Source: the human T2T-CHM13v2.0 reference genome, Homo sapiens
Length of the DNA stretch: 64,000 nt
Assembly: GCF_009914755.1 (NCBI RefSeq)
Contig: NC_060941.1
Reading direction: 5' to 3' (one strand)
Below the pieces are notes generated by a model, which saw only the letters and a list, made by a program, of their open reading frames with translations, was not told where the DNA came from and did not search any database. Shown piece by piece: positions 1-19,483 of the stretch (its first letter is position 1; every line of letters starts with the position of its first letter). The position numbers and the translations under genes are program-made.

Positions 1-313
<313 letters not shown>

Positions 314-459
314 TAAATTAATCCTTTTGTATCCATTACTCAATTTCTCCCTAGTCTTATTTCATCCGTATTCCTACCCATTTCCTGCTCACTACCTCTT
401 TATTATTTTAAAGCAATCCTATATATCATTTCAGCGTGATTTATTCTTATACTGACTTT

Positions 460-730
460 AAGAGCTGTGTAATATAAAAACAACTCAATTAGGAATCAGA
501 AGACTTGACTTTAAGTCTTAACTTTCTACTGGAATGAGTTAACAGGGGGGCAAGCCAAGCTGTATGAGCCCTGAATTCCTAATATGTTGAAGAGAGTAAC
601 ACGTGGTGGAGGGGACATAATGTTACCTGCACTTTTTCACAGGGATCTATGAGAATCAAAGATAGGAGGTAATATGCATGAAAGTATTTTGTCTACTCTA
701 AACTCAAAAGCAAAAGTGCTTTACAAAGGT
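460..730. mobile_element. MIR fragment
   Basis: aggaatcagaagacttg...ttcacagggatctatgagaatcaaa...gcatgaaagtattttg. Confidence 0.5.
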
Positions 731-1064
731 AAGATTTTATTAGTAAATGCTGCTTCCCTGTATAAGTGCTAACAACTCATGCCTAATCAGTCTTAGAATT
801 ATCTGGATGCTGACATTAAATTAAGTCCATAGTATTAAAATCACCCTTTCACCTTTACCCACTCTTGGATTTTGACAATTGCAACAACATTTTCTCATTC
901 CCAATCTGGCTCCTGTTACTTTTCATGACTTCTGCAAGTTCACTGACCACATTTCTCTTACCATATTTCTAAATTTTCATCTGTATCTTGGATTCATGTA
1001 CACTTGAGCTCAGGTAAAACAGGGAGGTGGGCTCTTCATGCTTTATGTATCTAAGTTCTGATGA

Positions 1065-1532
<468 letters not shown>

Positions 1533-1889
1533 TGATCCTAATGTATTTTAAAAGCCTTTACATATTTTTGTCTTTAACATTTCTAGTTATTCTGAACTTT
1601 TGTTTTAACTCTTCTGTTAATTTATCCATTGTGTGTAGTGTGTATTTTTTCTTAAATGTCCTTATAAATACTGAGCTGTGGGGGAGGGGAGAGGAGGAGC
1701 AACTGGTGCAGGCACGCTAGTTTCTTTAGAAATGTCAGCTCTGCCAGATCACTTAAGACTTGTTAAAAGTACAGATTTCCTGGCTCTACTAAACATCGTG
1801 TGATTTCTAGAGGTCCCAGGTCATTTTTGACATAAAGCTGGGTTTGTAAACCACTGCTGTGTGATATACAGGGAGAATTTAATTTCTGG

Positions 1890-3590
1890 GTGGTATTTAA
1901 TAGGTCACAGTACAGTCATATATATCACTGCAACAAGTTAGAAAACCACAATTGGATGAACTTTAAAAATCAATACTAAAAAAAATATTGGAGAGCTATG
2001 GATGTAATGAGGACTAGATGAATTAGAATTCCAGAAATAGAAGAGATCTTTATAGGTGAGCAGAGGATTGCTGACATTTGCTGATTCTGGACACACACTG
2101 AAGGAAAAGGAAACTAGAGAGGAAGTGCATTTTACTAAAACTGCAACATATCCCTGGCCCAGTTCAATTCCTGATTGGACTGAGGTGATCAGCCTATCTT
2201 ATCCCTTTTGCCTAATAGAGGAAATAGACAGCTCTTACTGAGGAGATATATTCTGGGGTTTCTATGGTTCTTTCGTTTATAATACTATCATACTATTAAC
2301 TATTCTAGAGATGTGAAAGGGTGGAAAAATTCAAGAGAAAAATAAAACTTATAGAAGCAGACTCAGAAAATTGAAGTTCATCAGACAAAGACTTATTTTA
2401 AAATAACTATAATATACTTAAGAAAATAAAGGAAAATACGGAGAAAATGGATGAAAATTTTCATAGAGAATTGGAATCCACAGAAAGAAACCAAATGAAC
2501 ATTCTAGGAATCAAAAACACAACGTTGGTTGCTTAAGGTCTTTATTTGTAGTTTAATTAGAAACTTTGGCGCAGGACTCTAGGACACTCCACCTCCCCCT
2601 CATTCTTTACTGTTCTTAAAAAACAAAAACAAAAACAAAAAAAACCCAGGTAAATTTAATGTATACTATTTAAGTTCCACGAGAGCAGGGCCTATGTCTG
2701 TTTTGTTCGTTGTTGTACTCCCAGGGCTTAGTATAGTGCATGCCACATTAAAAAACAAAACAAGACAGAACAAAATCTTCCTTAACACCACCATCACAAA
2801 CCCCCCCATTAATAATTAATTGACATTAATCTGAAATTAATTATTCATTGTACCGGTTCAGTAGCAGACTATACACAGCAGAAGGCAAGACTAGAGAGCT
2901 TGTGGACAGATCAATAGAAAATATCTAGATAAAAGCACAGAAAAAAAAAAAAGAATGGAAAGAGTAGAACAGAGCCTCTGAGACATGTGGAACATTAGTA
3001 AAAAGTCTAATGTGTAATTGGAGACCCAAAAGTAGAGAGATTAGCATGGAAGCAAATACTTGAAGAGGTAATGATAAAATATTTTCCCAAACTGATGAAA
3101 GGCATCAACCTATAAATTCAAGTAGTTTAGCAAACCCCAAGCAGGATGAACACAAAGAAAACTACACTTAGCATATCTTAATGGAACTGTTGAAAACCAG
3201 AAACAAAGAGAAACTCTTAAAAGCAGCCAGAAGAGGGGAAAAAAGGCACTGTGTTCAAAGGAACAATATAATACAACTGATGGCTGACTTTTTAATACAA
3301 CTGTGGAAACTGGGAAATAACAGACATTTTTTAAATGTTGGCAAAAAAACCTGCCAAGCTAGAATTCTACCTTCAGCAGAAATATCCTTCAGACAAGAAG
3401 GCGAAATAAAGACATTTTTAGACAATCAAAAGCTGACAATTTATGACCAGCAGACCTGCACTGTAAGATTACTGAAGGAAGTTTTTTAGGCAGAATGAAA
3501 ATATCTCAAATGGAAGTACAAAACTGTAGGAAATAATGAAGAGCACACACTCGGGTAAGTGTGTGAGTAAATAGACAAGACCTATTGCCT
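1890..3590 (+). mobile_element. ancient L1M fragment (ORF1 region)
   Basis: ORF 3181..3489 KEKLLKAAR...QARILPSAEISFRQEGEIKTF resembles the L1 ORF1p C-terminus. Confidence 0.75.
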
Positions 3591-3609
3591 CTTGTTTTTA
3601 TTGCTGTTT

Positions 3610-4980
3610 TTAGGAACTTTATTGCTTTTTGCTATTCTAGAATAATAGAATTTCCACAGCTTTTAGGTTAAGGTAAAATTGCCATCCAATCAATAAACTG
3701 CACATATTTAAAATGTATAATTTGATGAGTTTTGATATACATATAAGCCTTTGATACCATCACCACAATCAAGATGAAGAACATATATTACCGGCAAAAG
3801 TTTTCTCCAGCCTCCTTATAATCCATTCCTACCTCCATCCCATCCCTAGGGAACCCTTGAGCTGTTTTTGTCTCAGTGGATATATCATAAGTTGTTTATC
3901 CATTCACTTGTTGATGGATAACTGAAGACAACTCAAATTTTCACCATTACAAATAAAGTTGTCTTGAAGATTCATATACATGACTGTCATTTCTCTTGAG
4001 TAAATACAAAGGAGTAGAAATGGGTGGATCATATGGTGGATGTATATAATAATGTTACAGGATATTATATTCTGTAATATTTTAAGAGGCCACCAAGCTG
4101 TTCCTAAAGTGATTGTATCATCTTACAGCAGTATATGAGAGTTTCAGTTGTTCCACATCTTTGCCAACACTTATTTAACCTTTTCTTTTAAATTACAGCC
4201 ATCCTAGTGGGTATGAAGTGGTGTCTCATTGTGGTTTTGATTTGCATTTCCCTAATGACTCATGATATTGAGCATCTTTTCATGTGCTTATTTACCATCT
4301 GAATATTTTCTTTGGTGAGCTGTTTATCTCTTTTGCCCATTTTTAAAAAATTGGGTTTTACTGGAGTTTTCAGAATTCATAATATATGCTGAATACAAGT
4401 TCATCAGATAAATGATTTGCAAGTCTTCTAGTTTTTCCTTGTTTTTTTGTTCTCAAAGTCTTTCAAAAGCAGATGTTCTTAATTTTTCTGAAGTCCACCT
4501 TATCAATTAAAAAATAGATCATGTTATTGGTATATCTAAGGTATCTTTTTCTAATATAAGGTCACAAATTTTTCTCCTCTGTTTTCTGTAGAAATTTAGG
4601 ATTTATACTAACGTTTGTGGCTCATTTTTAGTTAATTTTTGTATTTGTGCTATGTGCCTGTTATGCCAATACCACATAGTCTTAACTATAAAAGAGCTTA
4701 ACTATATAAACTATAATAAAATATCAAGTCAGGTAGTATAAGTCCTCCAGCTTTCTTGTTTCTCAGAATTGTTTTGACTAGTCTAGGTCTTTTGTTATCC
4801 TTGTATGGTTTCGGATTGGCTTGTCAATTTCTATTAAAAAGCCAGTTTTGATAGAGATTCTGCTGAGTCCATGGATCAACTTTGGGAAGATTGCCATCTT
4901 AACAGGTATTGTTTTTTAGTTTCAATTTTTGATTGTTGCTAATATATAGAAATACATGGATGTTTATTGATCTTGTTTGT
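3610..4980 (-). mobile_element. ancient L1M 3' region
   Basis: L1 motifs such as gtggtgtctcattgtggttttgatttgcatttccctaatgact. Confidence 0.7.
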
Positions 4981-5006
4981 TTTTATTTAGGCCATAGATT
5001 TTTTTC

Positions 5007-5512
5007 TTTTTCTTTTTAAAGACAGGGTCTTGCTCTGTCCCCTAGGCTTCATAGCTCACTTCAGCCTTGAACTCCTGAGCTGAAGTGATTCTCCCAAGAA
5101 GCTAGGACTACAGGTACATGCCACCACGCTCGGCTCATTTTCTTATTTTATAGAGACAGGATCTTGCTGTGTTTCCCAGGCTGGTCTCGAGCACCTGGCC
5201 TCAAGCTGTCCTCTCGCCTCGGCTTCCCAAAGTGCATGAGTCACTGAACTTGGCCAGGCCATAAATTGTTTTGAGACAGGGTCTTGCTCTGTTGCACAGG
5301 CTAGAGTGCAGTGGTGCAATCATGGCTTACTGCAGCCTTGACCTCCTGGGCTCAAGTGATCCTTCCACCTCAGCTTCCTCAGTAGCTGGGACTGTAAACA
5401 CTCACCACGATGCCTGGCTAATTTTTGTAGAGACAGGGTTTCACCATGTTGGCCAGGCTGGTCTCAAACTCCTGACCTTAGGTGATCCATCTGCCTCGGC
5501 CTCCCAAAGTGT
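5007..5512 (-). mobile_element. two tandem degraded Alus
   Basis: ~5007-5260 and ~5268-5512. Confidence 0.85.
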
Positions 5513-6017
5513 TTGACCACTCAGCCTTTATACAGATATTTCATCTTCTTTACAAGAAGAAAAACACTCTAAGCTCTTGCCTAAAAAGATGAAAATGTTC
5601 TTTGTAAAAATGAGGATGTCCTTACCCTCTTCCCAAAATGAGGAGCAGAGTCTCATAATTGTATTGATTTCTGGGGGACATTCACACTATCTATTTCTAG
5701 GCTGTGTTAATTATGCCTCAAATTCATAGTTCCTTCTGAATATCCTGTTACCTAGGGACTAAATTGTAAAGTTAACCTTTAATAAAGTTTGAATAACATA
5801 GAGAAGAAGAGGGAAGGAATTGATTTATAAACTTGCCCGTTTCCCTGTAATAAGGAAGAAAATATGTATAGCTGCTGTAGACCTTGCTTCTGTAACTGGT
5901 TGAGAGATTGTAGTTCATATTTATAACTACTTCTGCTGTACATTCCATGTTTCCTTTGTTCTCATTCAAGATCTCAGCTGGTGGGGTAACCTAAATCTTC
6001 ATTAATAAAGAATATGG

Positions 6018-6655
<638 letters not shown>

Positions 6656-6829
6656 TTAAGTTTTGCTCTTATATATATAGGTTTAGAAAAACATTTCAGG
6701 GAATCCTCAGGGTTCCAGACATAGTCCTCTTTGTCCCCATTATGTAGCAACAGTACAGTATCACCTAGTAATAGGACTGAATTACATCAGCTAATAGAAT
6801 AACCCCCTTCTTTGACTGTTGATGTAGTG

Positions 6830-7049
6830 CGGTGGTTCTTAGGACAGTTTTACCTCCCAGGGGACATTTGGCAATGCCTGGAGACATTTTTAATTGTTAT
6901 GACTTTCGTGGGGGTGGGGGAATGCTACTGGCATCTAGTGGGTAGAGTTCAGGGATGCTGTCAGGCATCCTGAAATGCACAGGACAGCCCCCAAGAGTAG
7001 AGACTGATCCAGTCCAAACTGTCAGTAGTGCTAAGATTGAGAAATTCTG
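6830..7049 (+). mobile_element. MER20 (hAT-Charlie)
   Basis: cccaggggacatttggcaatgcctggagacatttt...gctactggcatctagtgggtagag...aatgcacaggacagcccc. Confidence 0.85.
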
Positions 7050-7059
7050 ATTTAGTGGT

Positions 7060-7600
7060 ATGGAGGCAGTGGTCATGAGGTAGTTGTTACTTCCAGTTCA
7101 GTGGAACTGTGTGGAATCATTCCCTGCTTGGGAACCAAGGCCTCCAATCCAGCAGATATCAAAGTCGTAGGTACTTGAAACAAAACTTCTGCTAATGGAA
7201 TTTTTAGGAATAATAGAGGAACTACTTCTACTTGTGCCCCTTGATTCTCAGGCCTTTGTATTCTAGCTATGGGGAAAACAATATTGTATATTGCTCATTG
7301 ATCCACTGTAACTGAGTGAGTCTTCAGTAGTCCATTCTGTTAGACCAGCTGCTTCTGGGTGATGGAGTATGTGGTAAGACCAGTGATTTCCAAGTTCCAT
7401 AACCCATTCCTGCATAACCCTTTTTCTGTGAAATGAGTACCTTGATCAAAGTCTTGTTGAGTAGTATACCTTGATGATGAACAAGGTGTCGCCCATGTCC
7501 TTGATGGTGATGCTGGCAGAAGCACTGTAGGCAGGGAATGCATATTCATATTCAGAATATGTTGGTGCCAGTGAGGACAAATTCCTGTCCCCTCCATGTA
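7060..7600 (-). mobile_element. ERVL/MaLR internal pol (integrase) remnant
   Basis: Minus-strand translation gives DQGTHFT and, in another frame, HWSYHILHHPEAAGLTEW, typical of the ERVL integrase core; frameshifted. Confidence 0.7.
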
Positions 7601-8350
7601 TGTAGAGTTTTTGTTTTGTTTTCTTTTTTTAAGGTATGGTATTATCCACTGTCATTAATATTTTGGAGCATTTTACTTCCACATTAAAAAAGATCAAAAT
7701 AGGTAATAATTATCTGACCAAGAAATGTTTTAAATAAATTGTAGACTTATGACAGCTATATCATCTATCTAAAAACCTTGGAGTAACTGTAAAATAGTGA
7801 CTTTTGAACTGTAGACTTTACTCATGCAGATATCTCACTAATTTTGTTGAAATCTACCAGATAGAAATCCATTGTTATGGGTTGTATGGTTGAAAACTTT
7901 TTAGGCTGTCATTTGTTTCAAGATACAGATTGACTCGGTATACTTTAACATTTCTCATAGTTGGCCAAATTTAGGTAAAACTATTTAATTTCATTGAACG
8001 TTTTAGGGAAAATGCCTGAATATTAATAGAGATAGGATGAATTAAATTAAAGAACTTACCCTTTGAAAAATTGCCAGGGTTAGCAATTTTTATGCTAACC
8101 CTGCATAAAAATTGTGCGTGGTGGTGTGTGGAGTGGTGTATATGTTTCAGAGAAATAATATAAATGTTCAGATAAGAGTATCTGCGTAATCTAACTAGGA
8201 CCTGTCTAACCTACCTGCTTAAGGATAGAGGAAATCTTGAGAGACTTGAAATTGAAGAACTTAAAATTTTAAGTCTTCCCTTTCAAGGCCCTATCAAAAC
8301 ATCATGACCACATCTTTGAAGTAGTTACTTTTATCACTCAATATAGTTAG

Positions 8351-9005
<655 letters not shown>

Positions 9006-9040
9006 TCCAAAACCGTTTTTATTAATTATATTCTTTATTA

Positions 9041-10092
<1,052 letters not shown>

Positions 10093-10652
10093 GCCATGGT
10101 GGTTTGCTGCACCCATCAACCTGTCGTCTACCTTAGGTATTTCTCCTAATGCTATCCCTCCCCTAAACCCCCACCCCGCAACAGGCCCAGTGTGTGATGT
10201 TCCCCTCTGTGTGTCCATGTGTTTTCATTGCTCAACTCGTACTTATGAATGAGAACATGCAGTGTTTGATTTTCTGTTCCTGTGTTAGTTTGCTGAGAAT
10301 GATGGTTTCCAGCTTCATCCATGTCCCTGCAAAGGACATGAACTCATCCTTTTTTATAGTTGCATGGTATTCCATGGTGTGTATATACCACATTTTCTTT
10401 ATCCAGTCTATAATTGATGGGCATTTGGGTTGGTTGCAAGTCTTTGCTATTGTGAACAGTGCCGCAATAAACATAGGTGTACATGTGTATTTATAGTAGA
10501 ATGATTTATAATCCTTTGGGTATATACCCAGTAATTGGATGGCTGAGTCAAATGGTATTTCTAGTTGTAGATCCTTGAGGAATCGCCACACTGTCTTCCA
10601 CAATGGTTGAACTAATTTACACTCCCACCAACAGTGTAAAGGCATTTCTATG

Positions 10653-10965
10653 TCTCTCTCTCTTTTTTTTTTTTTCTTGAGATGGAGTCTCACTGTGTTG
10701 CCAGGCTGGAGTGTGGAGTGTGGTGGCATGATCTTGGCTCACTGCAACCTCCGCCTGCCAGGTTCAAGTAATTCTCCTGCCTCAGCCTCTCCACTAGCTG
10801 GGATTACAGGTGTGTGCCACCACACCCAGCTAATTTTTTGTATCTTTAGTAGAGACAGCGTTTCACCATGTTGGGCAGGATGGTCTTGATCTCTTGACCT
10901 TGTAATCTGCCCGCCTCGGCCTCCCAAAGTGCTGGGATTACAGGTGTGAGCCACCGCGCCTGGCC
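10653..10965 (-). mobile_element. AluSc-like element nested in the L1PA
   Basis: Interrupts L1 at acagtgtaaa...ttcctgtttctcca. Confidence 0.9.
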
Positions 10966-12117
10966 TTAAGAGTTCCTGTTTCTCCACCTCCTCTCCAGCA
11001 TCTGTTGTTTCCTGACTTTTTAATGATCGCCATTCTGACTGGTGTGAGATGGTATCTCATTGTGGTTTTGATTTGCATTTCTCTAATGACCAGTGATGAT
11101 GAGCTTTTTTTCCTGTGTTTTTTGGCCGCATAAATATCTTCTTTTGAGAAGTGTCTGTTTATATCCTTCGTCCACTTTTTGATGGGTTTTTTTTTTTTCT
11201 TGTAAATTTAAGTTCTTTGTAGATTCTGGATATTAGCCCTTGGTCAGATGGAGAGATTGCAAAAATTTTCTCCCATTCTGTAGGTTGCCTATTCACTCAT
11301 GATAGTTTCTTTTGCTGTGCAGAAGCTCTTTAATTTAATTAGATCCCATTTGTCAATTTTGGCTTTTGTTGTCATTGCTTTTGGTGTTTTAGTCATGAAG
11401 TCTTTCCCCATGCCTATGTCCTGAATGGTATTGCCTAGGTTTTCTTCTAGGGTTTTTATGGTTTTAGGTCTTATGTTTAAGTCTTTAATCAATCTTGAGT
11501 TAATTTTTGTATAAGGTATAACAAAAGGGCCCAGTTTCAGTTTTCTGCATATGGCTAGCCAGTTTTGCCAACATCATTTATTAAATAGGGAATCCTTTCC
11601 CCATTGCTTGTTTTTGTCAGGTTTGTCAAAGATCAGATGGTTATAGATGTGTGGTGTTATTTCTGAGGTATCTGTTCTGTTCCATTGGTCTATGTATCTG
11701 TTTTGGTTTCAGTACCATGCTATTTTGTTTACTGTAGCCTTGTAGTATGGTTTGAAGTCAGGTAGTGTGATGCCTCCAGCTTTGTTCTTGTTGCTTAGGA
11801 TTGTCTTGGCTCTACGGGCTCTTTTTTGGTTCCCTATGAAATTTAAAGTAGTTTTTTCTAATTCTGCAAGAAAGTCAATGGTAGCTTGATGGGGATAGTA
11901 TTGAATCTATAAATTACTTTGTGTAGTACAGCCATTTTCATGATATCGATTCTTCCTATTCATGAGCATGGAATGTTTTTTCATTTGTTTGTATCCTCTT
12001 TTATTTCCTTGAGCAGTGATTTGTAGTTCTCCTTGAAGAGGTCCTTCACATCCCTTGTAAGGTGTATTCCTAAGTATTTTATTCTCTTTGTAGCAATTGT
12101 GAATGGGAATTCACTCA

Positions 12118-12213
<96 letters not shown>

Positions 12214-12216
12214 CTA

Positions 12217-12306
<90 letters not shown>

Positions 12307-12309
12307 TCA

Positions 12310-13291
<982 letters not shown>

Positions 13292-15412
13292 TAGCTCTTA
13301 TTATTTTGAGATGCTCTCCATCAGTACCTAGTTTATTGAGAGTTTTTATCATGAAGGGGTGTTGAATTTTATCAAAGGCCTTTTCTTCATCTATTGAGAT
13401 AATCGTGTGGTTTTTGTCATTGGTTCTGTTTATGTGATGGATTACATTTATTGATTTACATATGTTGAGCCAGCCTTGCATCCCAGTGATGAAGCTGACT
13501 TGATCATGGGGGATAAGCTTTTTGGTGTACTGCTGGATTCGGTTTGCCACAATTTTATTGAGGATTTTCACAGATGCTGAATTTTTTTCTGGGAAGAATT
13601 TACTTTGACTTTTTCATCCTACAAAAATTATTCTGGTTCTGAAGGATGCAGGTGTTTCAATGGTGTCCCATTAATATCCCCAGGCTTAGCACAGTTCTTG
13701 CTTGGTTATAATAGGCAATTAAGTGTTGAATGAATGAAAGAATTTTAACTTTATTCTGTGGGTTCAGGGAGCTGTTGAAGAGTATTAAGCAAGTGAGTGG
13801 CATGCTCACATGTTCTGAAGAGTGTTTCCTGGTAGTGATATAGAAGATGGATTTGAAGGGACAGTAAAGGCAAGAATAATAATTAAGAAATTGTTATAAT
13901 AGGGATGATCTGAGCCAGGGTACTCATTATAGGAAATTAGGGGCAACCTTGTCATGAGATTTGTTTAGGAGATGAAATTGGAAGGCTTCAGATGGATGAT
14001 AGGGGTAAGGAGGAAAGGAGGAGATTTAAGTGAATAAGAGTTGAGGAGAGGGAGGAGTTGTAAATGACAAGTTTCTTGTTTATTGTTTTGAATAAAGGGG
14101 AAAATTGTTTTCAGTTATTCATAAAGGACTTAAAAATGGGCTTTGATCCCAAAAGTTGTTTTGAAGTTATTTCCTGCTTTATCTTTGGAGACCCTTCTTC
14201 CCACCCCCACATCAAAGCAAATGCCCTCAACTGCTTTAGATGCAGTCTTGCATTGAAATAGGTATCACATTGTTTTATTTTGCTTGAATGGGTGCTGTTG
14301 GCTTAAACATCTAATTGCATCTGCTTTGTCTTCTTTAGTTGTGTCTACTTATGGGCCAAAAGAGCATTTCTACCTCTGTAATTTCATTTGCATATTGGTT
14401 TTCAGATAAATTGAAGATTAATTATATGAAGTATATGGTTTGTAATCTCAATTGAAGGTGAATTTTTTATTTTCCTGGTTGAATATAATGGAATCATTTT
14501 GGTATGGAGAAGAAATGGTTAAAAATAGACCAGTGGGTCATCTCAGTGTGAAAGTCAAGAGGACTTCTAGGCTTAAGCCTGGTAGCTAAATTTCTGTTGG
14601 CTCTACCCTCTTCATGATGAGTCCAAGTTTATTTTGATCTGCATCTTTCTTTTTTTTAATGAATGAAATTCTCCTTCATTCAGCCTGGTAAGTAACCTGG
14701 CCATTAGTACGTGACTAAATAGCTGAAGCTTCTGGCTTGAATTAAGTTATAAACTTAGCACAGTGGCAGGTGCTTGAACTGCCATGTTAAAACTAGCGCA
14801 TAGAATCTTTGCCATTCAAAAACTGTTTTCTCAATCCCATGAAGGAGATGAAGCCTACATGGGAATCTTCACTGATTGTGCTGACTTTTCTTCTACAATT
14901 TTTAGTTTATAACATGTATAGTTTGTCAATTGTGCTAGGATATTTTGTTAATATGTTCTTAAAAATTCAAATCCCAGGGGTAAACATCAAATAATTTAAT
15001 TGTGCCTATTTGACTTTATGGGAGAGTTAACAACCATATTTATATATATGGTTAAATGTGTATAATCTTCATTCTCAATCTTTCAGAATCCTTATTTTCC
15101 ATTTTCATTTTTAGCATTAGCTGCATTATTTCTTTATACAACTAGGAAAAGGGATTATTCAGAAATTTGGTTGATGGCTTTTTATTTTGTAGAGACAGGG
15201 TCTGTCTCTGTTACCCAGCCTAGTCTCTAACTTCTAGTCTCAAGTGGTCTTTCCACCTCAGCCTTCCTAGTGTTGGGATTACAGGCATGAGCCACCGCAC
15301 TGGCCAGATGGCATTTTAAAGAATAATGTTAGGAAAATAATTAATTTTTGCAAGTGAAGATAGTTGAAATGTTAGCTAAAATGATGACCTAGAGGCAGCT
15401 TGTTTTGGTAAA

Positions 15413-15520
15413 TATCTTAGTCAGTTTAGGCTGCTATAACAAAATACCATAGATTTGGTAGTTTATAAACAACAGAAACTTACTTCTCACAATTCTAAAG
15501 TCTGGGAAATCCAAGAATAA
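15413..15520. mobile_element. MaLR (MLT1/MST) LTR fragment
   Basis: tatcttagtcagtttaggctgctataacaaaataccataga. Confidence 0.7.
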
Positions 15521-16312
15521 CATTCCTTTAAGCAAGGTTGAATGTACCAGCTTGGGCGATAGTGGCAAGTAGCCTCCTATTCCATTTTGTTCTAGAAAGC
15601 ATTTTTTCTCTTTTCTATTATTTTTGTCTCTTTATATGTTTATGTGTTAGGGGGAGAAGGAGAGAGAATATTTTTATATTTTTCTTTTGGGGGGATATTT
15701 TTATTTTTAAATTATAAATACTTCTAATTTGCAAAGGATCCCAGAAATAGTTGAAGCTGTCTTTAAACCCCTCTCTGATCCCATTCTATCCTTTCTGTTA
15801 ACTACTATTCTGAAGTTAATTTGTACTCTGTCCATTTTTATCCTTTTATTACATATGTTTGTGTTCATAAAAAAATTACAGTTTAACATTTTTACATAAA
15901 AAATGTTCTTGTAAATATTCTGCAATTTGCTTTTTTAAATTTTATTTTTTATTTTTAATTTTTTTTTGCAGAGCCAGGGCCTTGCCTTGTTGCCTAGGCT
16001 GATCTCAAACTCCTGGCCCCAAGGAATCCTCTTACCTTGGCCTCCCAAAGTGCTGGGATTATAAGTGTGAACCACCACTCCTGGCCTTGCAGCTTGCTTT
16101 TTAAACCTATTCTAAGACTTGCTCCCTATTTATACATGAGTATTAAGTTAACTCATTTTAACTGCACGTATAATATTCTATTATCAGTATGTCAGTTTAT
16201 CCATTTCTGGTATAGAGGAACACTTAATTTGTTTTCAGGGTTTTTTTTTTTTTTGCTTGTGTTTTTGTTTTATTATAAACAATGCTTCAGGAAGCATATA
16301 TTTGTATTCTTG

Positions 16313-16313
<1 letters not shown>

Positions 16314-16343
<30 letters not shown>

Positions 16344-16624
16344 ACAGGGTCTCACTCTTGTCGCCCAGGCTGGAGTGCAGTGGTGCGAACTCGGCTCACT
16401 GCAAGCTCCGCCTCCCAGGTTTATGCCATTCTCCTGCCTTAGCCTCCTGAGTAGCTGGGACTACAGGTGCCTGCCACCATGCGGGCTAATTTTTTTTTGT
16501 ATTTTTAGTACAGGCGGTGTTTCACTGTGTTAGCCAGGATGGTCTCGATCTCCTGGCCTCATGATCTGTCCGCCTTGGCCTCCCAAAGTGCTGGGATTAT
16601 ATGCGTGAGCCACCGCGCCTGGCC
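16314..16624 (-). mobile_element. AluY
   Basis: TSD ttgaattttt. Confidence 0.92.
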
Positions 16625-17253
16625 TTGAATTTTTATTTGACTTAAAACATACTGTGAAACTTGTAAGATTATGTGAATCATGTTTGTACAGTTTATACTT
16701 AAAAAAAAAAAAACATGGTGAACTCTTATCAATTCACAGAGTAAAAAACAACATTCCCAATGCTGTGGAAACACCTCTATGGCCCAAATCACAGTTCTTT
16801 TCTTACCATTCCCCCTACCACTATCTTGAATTGTATTTTAAAATTTCCTTTCTTTTCTTTATGTCTCCATGAACAATGTATTGCTTTGTTTACTTATTTT
16901 GATTTTCATGTAATGGAATAATACTGTAAGTATTCTGATTTCTTTTGTAAGCATCATTTTTCTTTTGAGCGTTAATCTATGGTATTGTATGCAGTTCATT
17001 CAGTTTTACTGCTATACATTAGTTCATTATTTGTATATATTGTATATATATATATATCTGGGCTATTGATGCACATTTGGATTGTTTCTAGTTTTTTGCT
17101 ATTACTAAGAATGCTGCTTACGAACATTGTTATTCATGTCTTTTGTGCACATGCAGGAATTTGAAGTATATGTCTGGGAGCAGAATTTTTCATTTTATGG
17201 GGTATGGGTTTGTTTAGCTTTACTAAGTAATGCCAAATTTTTCTAATTTTTAA

Positions 17254-17558
<305 letters not shown>

Positions 17559-17677
17559 CACCAAATTATTTTTTAAAGTGATTGAATCAGTTGACACTCC
17601 CAACTGCAATATAGAAGTATTCCTATTGCTCTGTGTCCTTGCCAAAGCTTAGAATTGTTTCTTTAAAAAATTTTATG

Positions 17678-18003
<326 letters not shown>

Positions 18004-18181
18004 TTAGTTTCTTTTCGGATATTCATAGAGCATTTGTGTTATTTATTCTGTGAAATGTATTTGTGTTTCTTATTCTGTGAAGTGTCTGTATATACTTTTT
18101 GCCCATTTTTCTGTTTGGATTGTTTAATTTTTCCTGATTGATTCATAGCAATTTTTTATGGTTTTAGATCTAATTCTCTTG

Positions 18182-18466
18182 TTTTTTGAGACAGGGTCTG
18201 GCTCTGTCACCCAGGCTAAAGTGCAATGGTGCAATCTTGGCTCATTGCAACCTTTGCTAGGCTCAAGCTATCCTCCCACCTCAGCCTCTTGAGTAGCTGG
18301 GACTACAGGTACGCGCCACTGTGCCTGGCTAATTTTTGTATTTTTTGTGGAGATGGGGTTTTGCCATGTTCCCCAGGCTGGTCTTGAATTCGTGAGCTCC
18401 AGTGATCTACCCACCTCAGCCTCCCAAAGTGTTGAGATTGTAGATTTGAGCCACAGTGCCTAGCCT
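18182..18466 (-). mobile_element. AluJ-like
   Basis: TSD tagatctaattct. Confidence 0.88.
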
Positions 18467-19297
18467 AGATCTAATTCTAGATTTGTGTTGCAAATATCTT
18501 TTCCAATTTATGATTGGATTAAAAAAAACTTCGGTGATTGAAATTCTTGATCTTACTGCAGCTGAATTTATCAGTCTTCTATGATTTATGTTTTAAAATT
18601 TTTTTGTGTCCTATCATTAAGATAATTCTCTATTTTCTAAAAGTTGTTTGCTTTTCACTTTTACATTGAAGTCTCTAATCCACATGGAAAGACTTTTTTT
18701 GTAAGGATCCACTTTTATTTTTTTGCCATATGATAACAGATAACTGATTGTTCCAGCCTATTTATTGAGTAGTGCATTTTTTCTCCTGTGATCTCAGTGC
18801 TTGCTTGGGTGAATATTAAGTGTCAGTATATGCACAGGCTCAGTTTCTAGACTCTCAGTTCGGCTCTCTCCTCTAGTGCCAGTAATCCACTTGATTATTT
18901 GTCCTGATTGTGGTTGCTTTATAATAATTCTTAGTATAAAGTATGGCAGGTCCCCAAAAGACTTATAATAATGCCTTTCCATATTGGTTTTACAGTCAGT
19001 TTATTGATTTCCGCAAAAAATGATACTGGGATTTTGAATGGTATTGCATTGAGTCTTTGGATCAAGTTGGGAAGAATTGATTGACATTGTTATGATATTG
19101 AGGCTTCCTATTTAAGAACATAATATGACTTTCTATTTATTTTATGTTTTAAAAAATCATTCCAGTTAAGTTTTATAATTTTCTCCTTATATAAAGAACT
19201 TCTACATAAAATGTCAGTTTTTCCTAGAATATTTTTATTATTTATACATGATATTTAAAAAGTTATATTTTCTGATTGTATATAGAAATGAAATTAA

Positions 19298-19483
<186 letters not shown>

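Noticed and set aside
7340-7597. Integrase-like ORF as a domesticated gene
   Set aside because: Short, frameshifted ERVL remnant.
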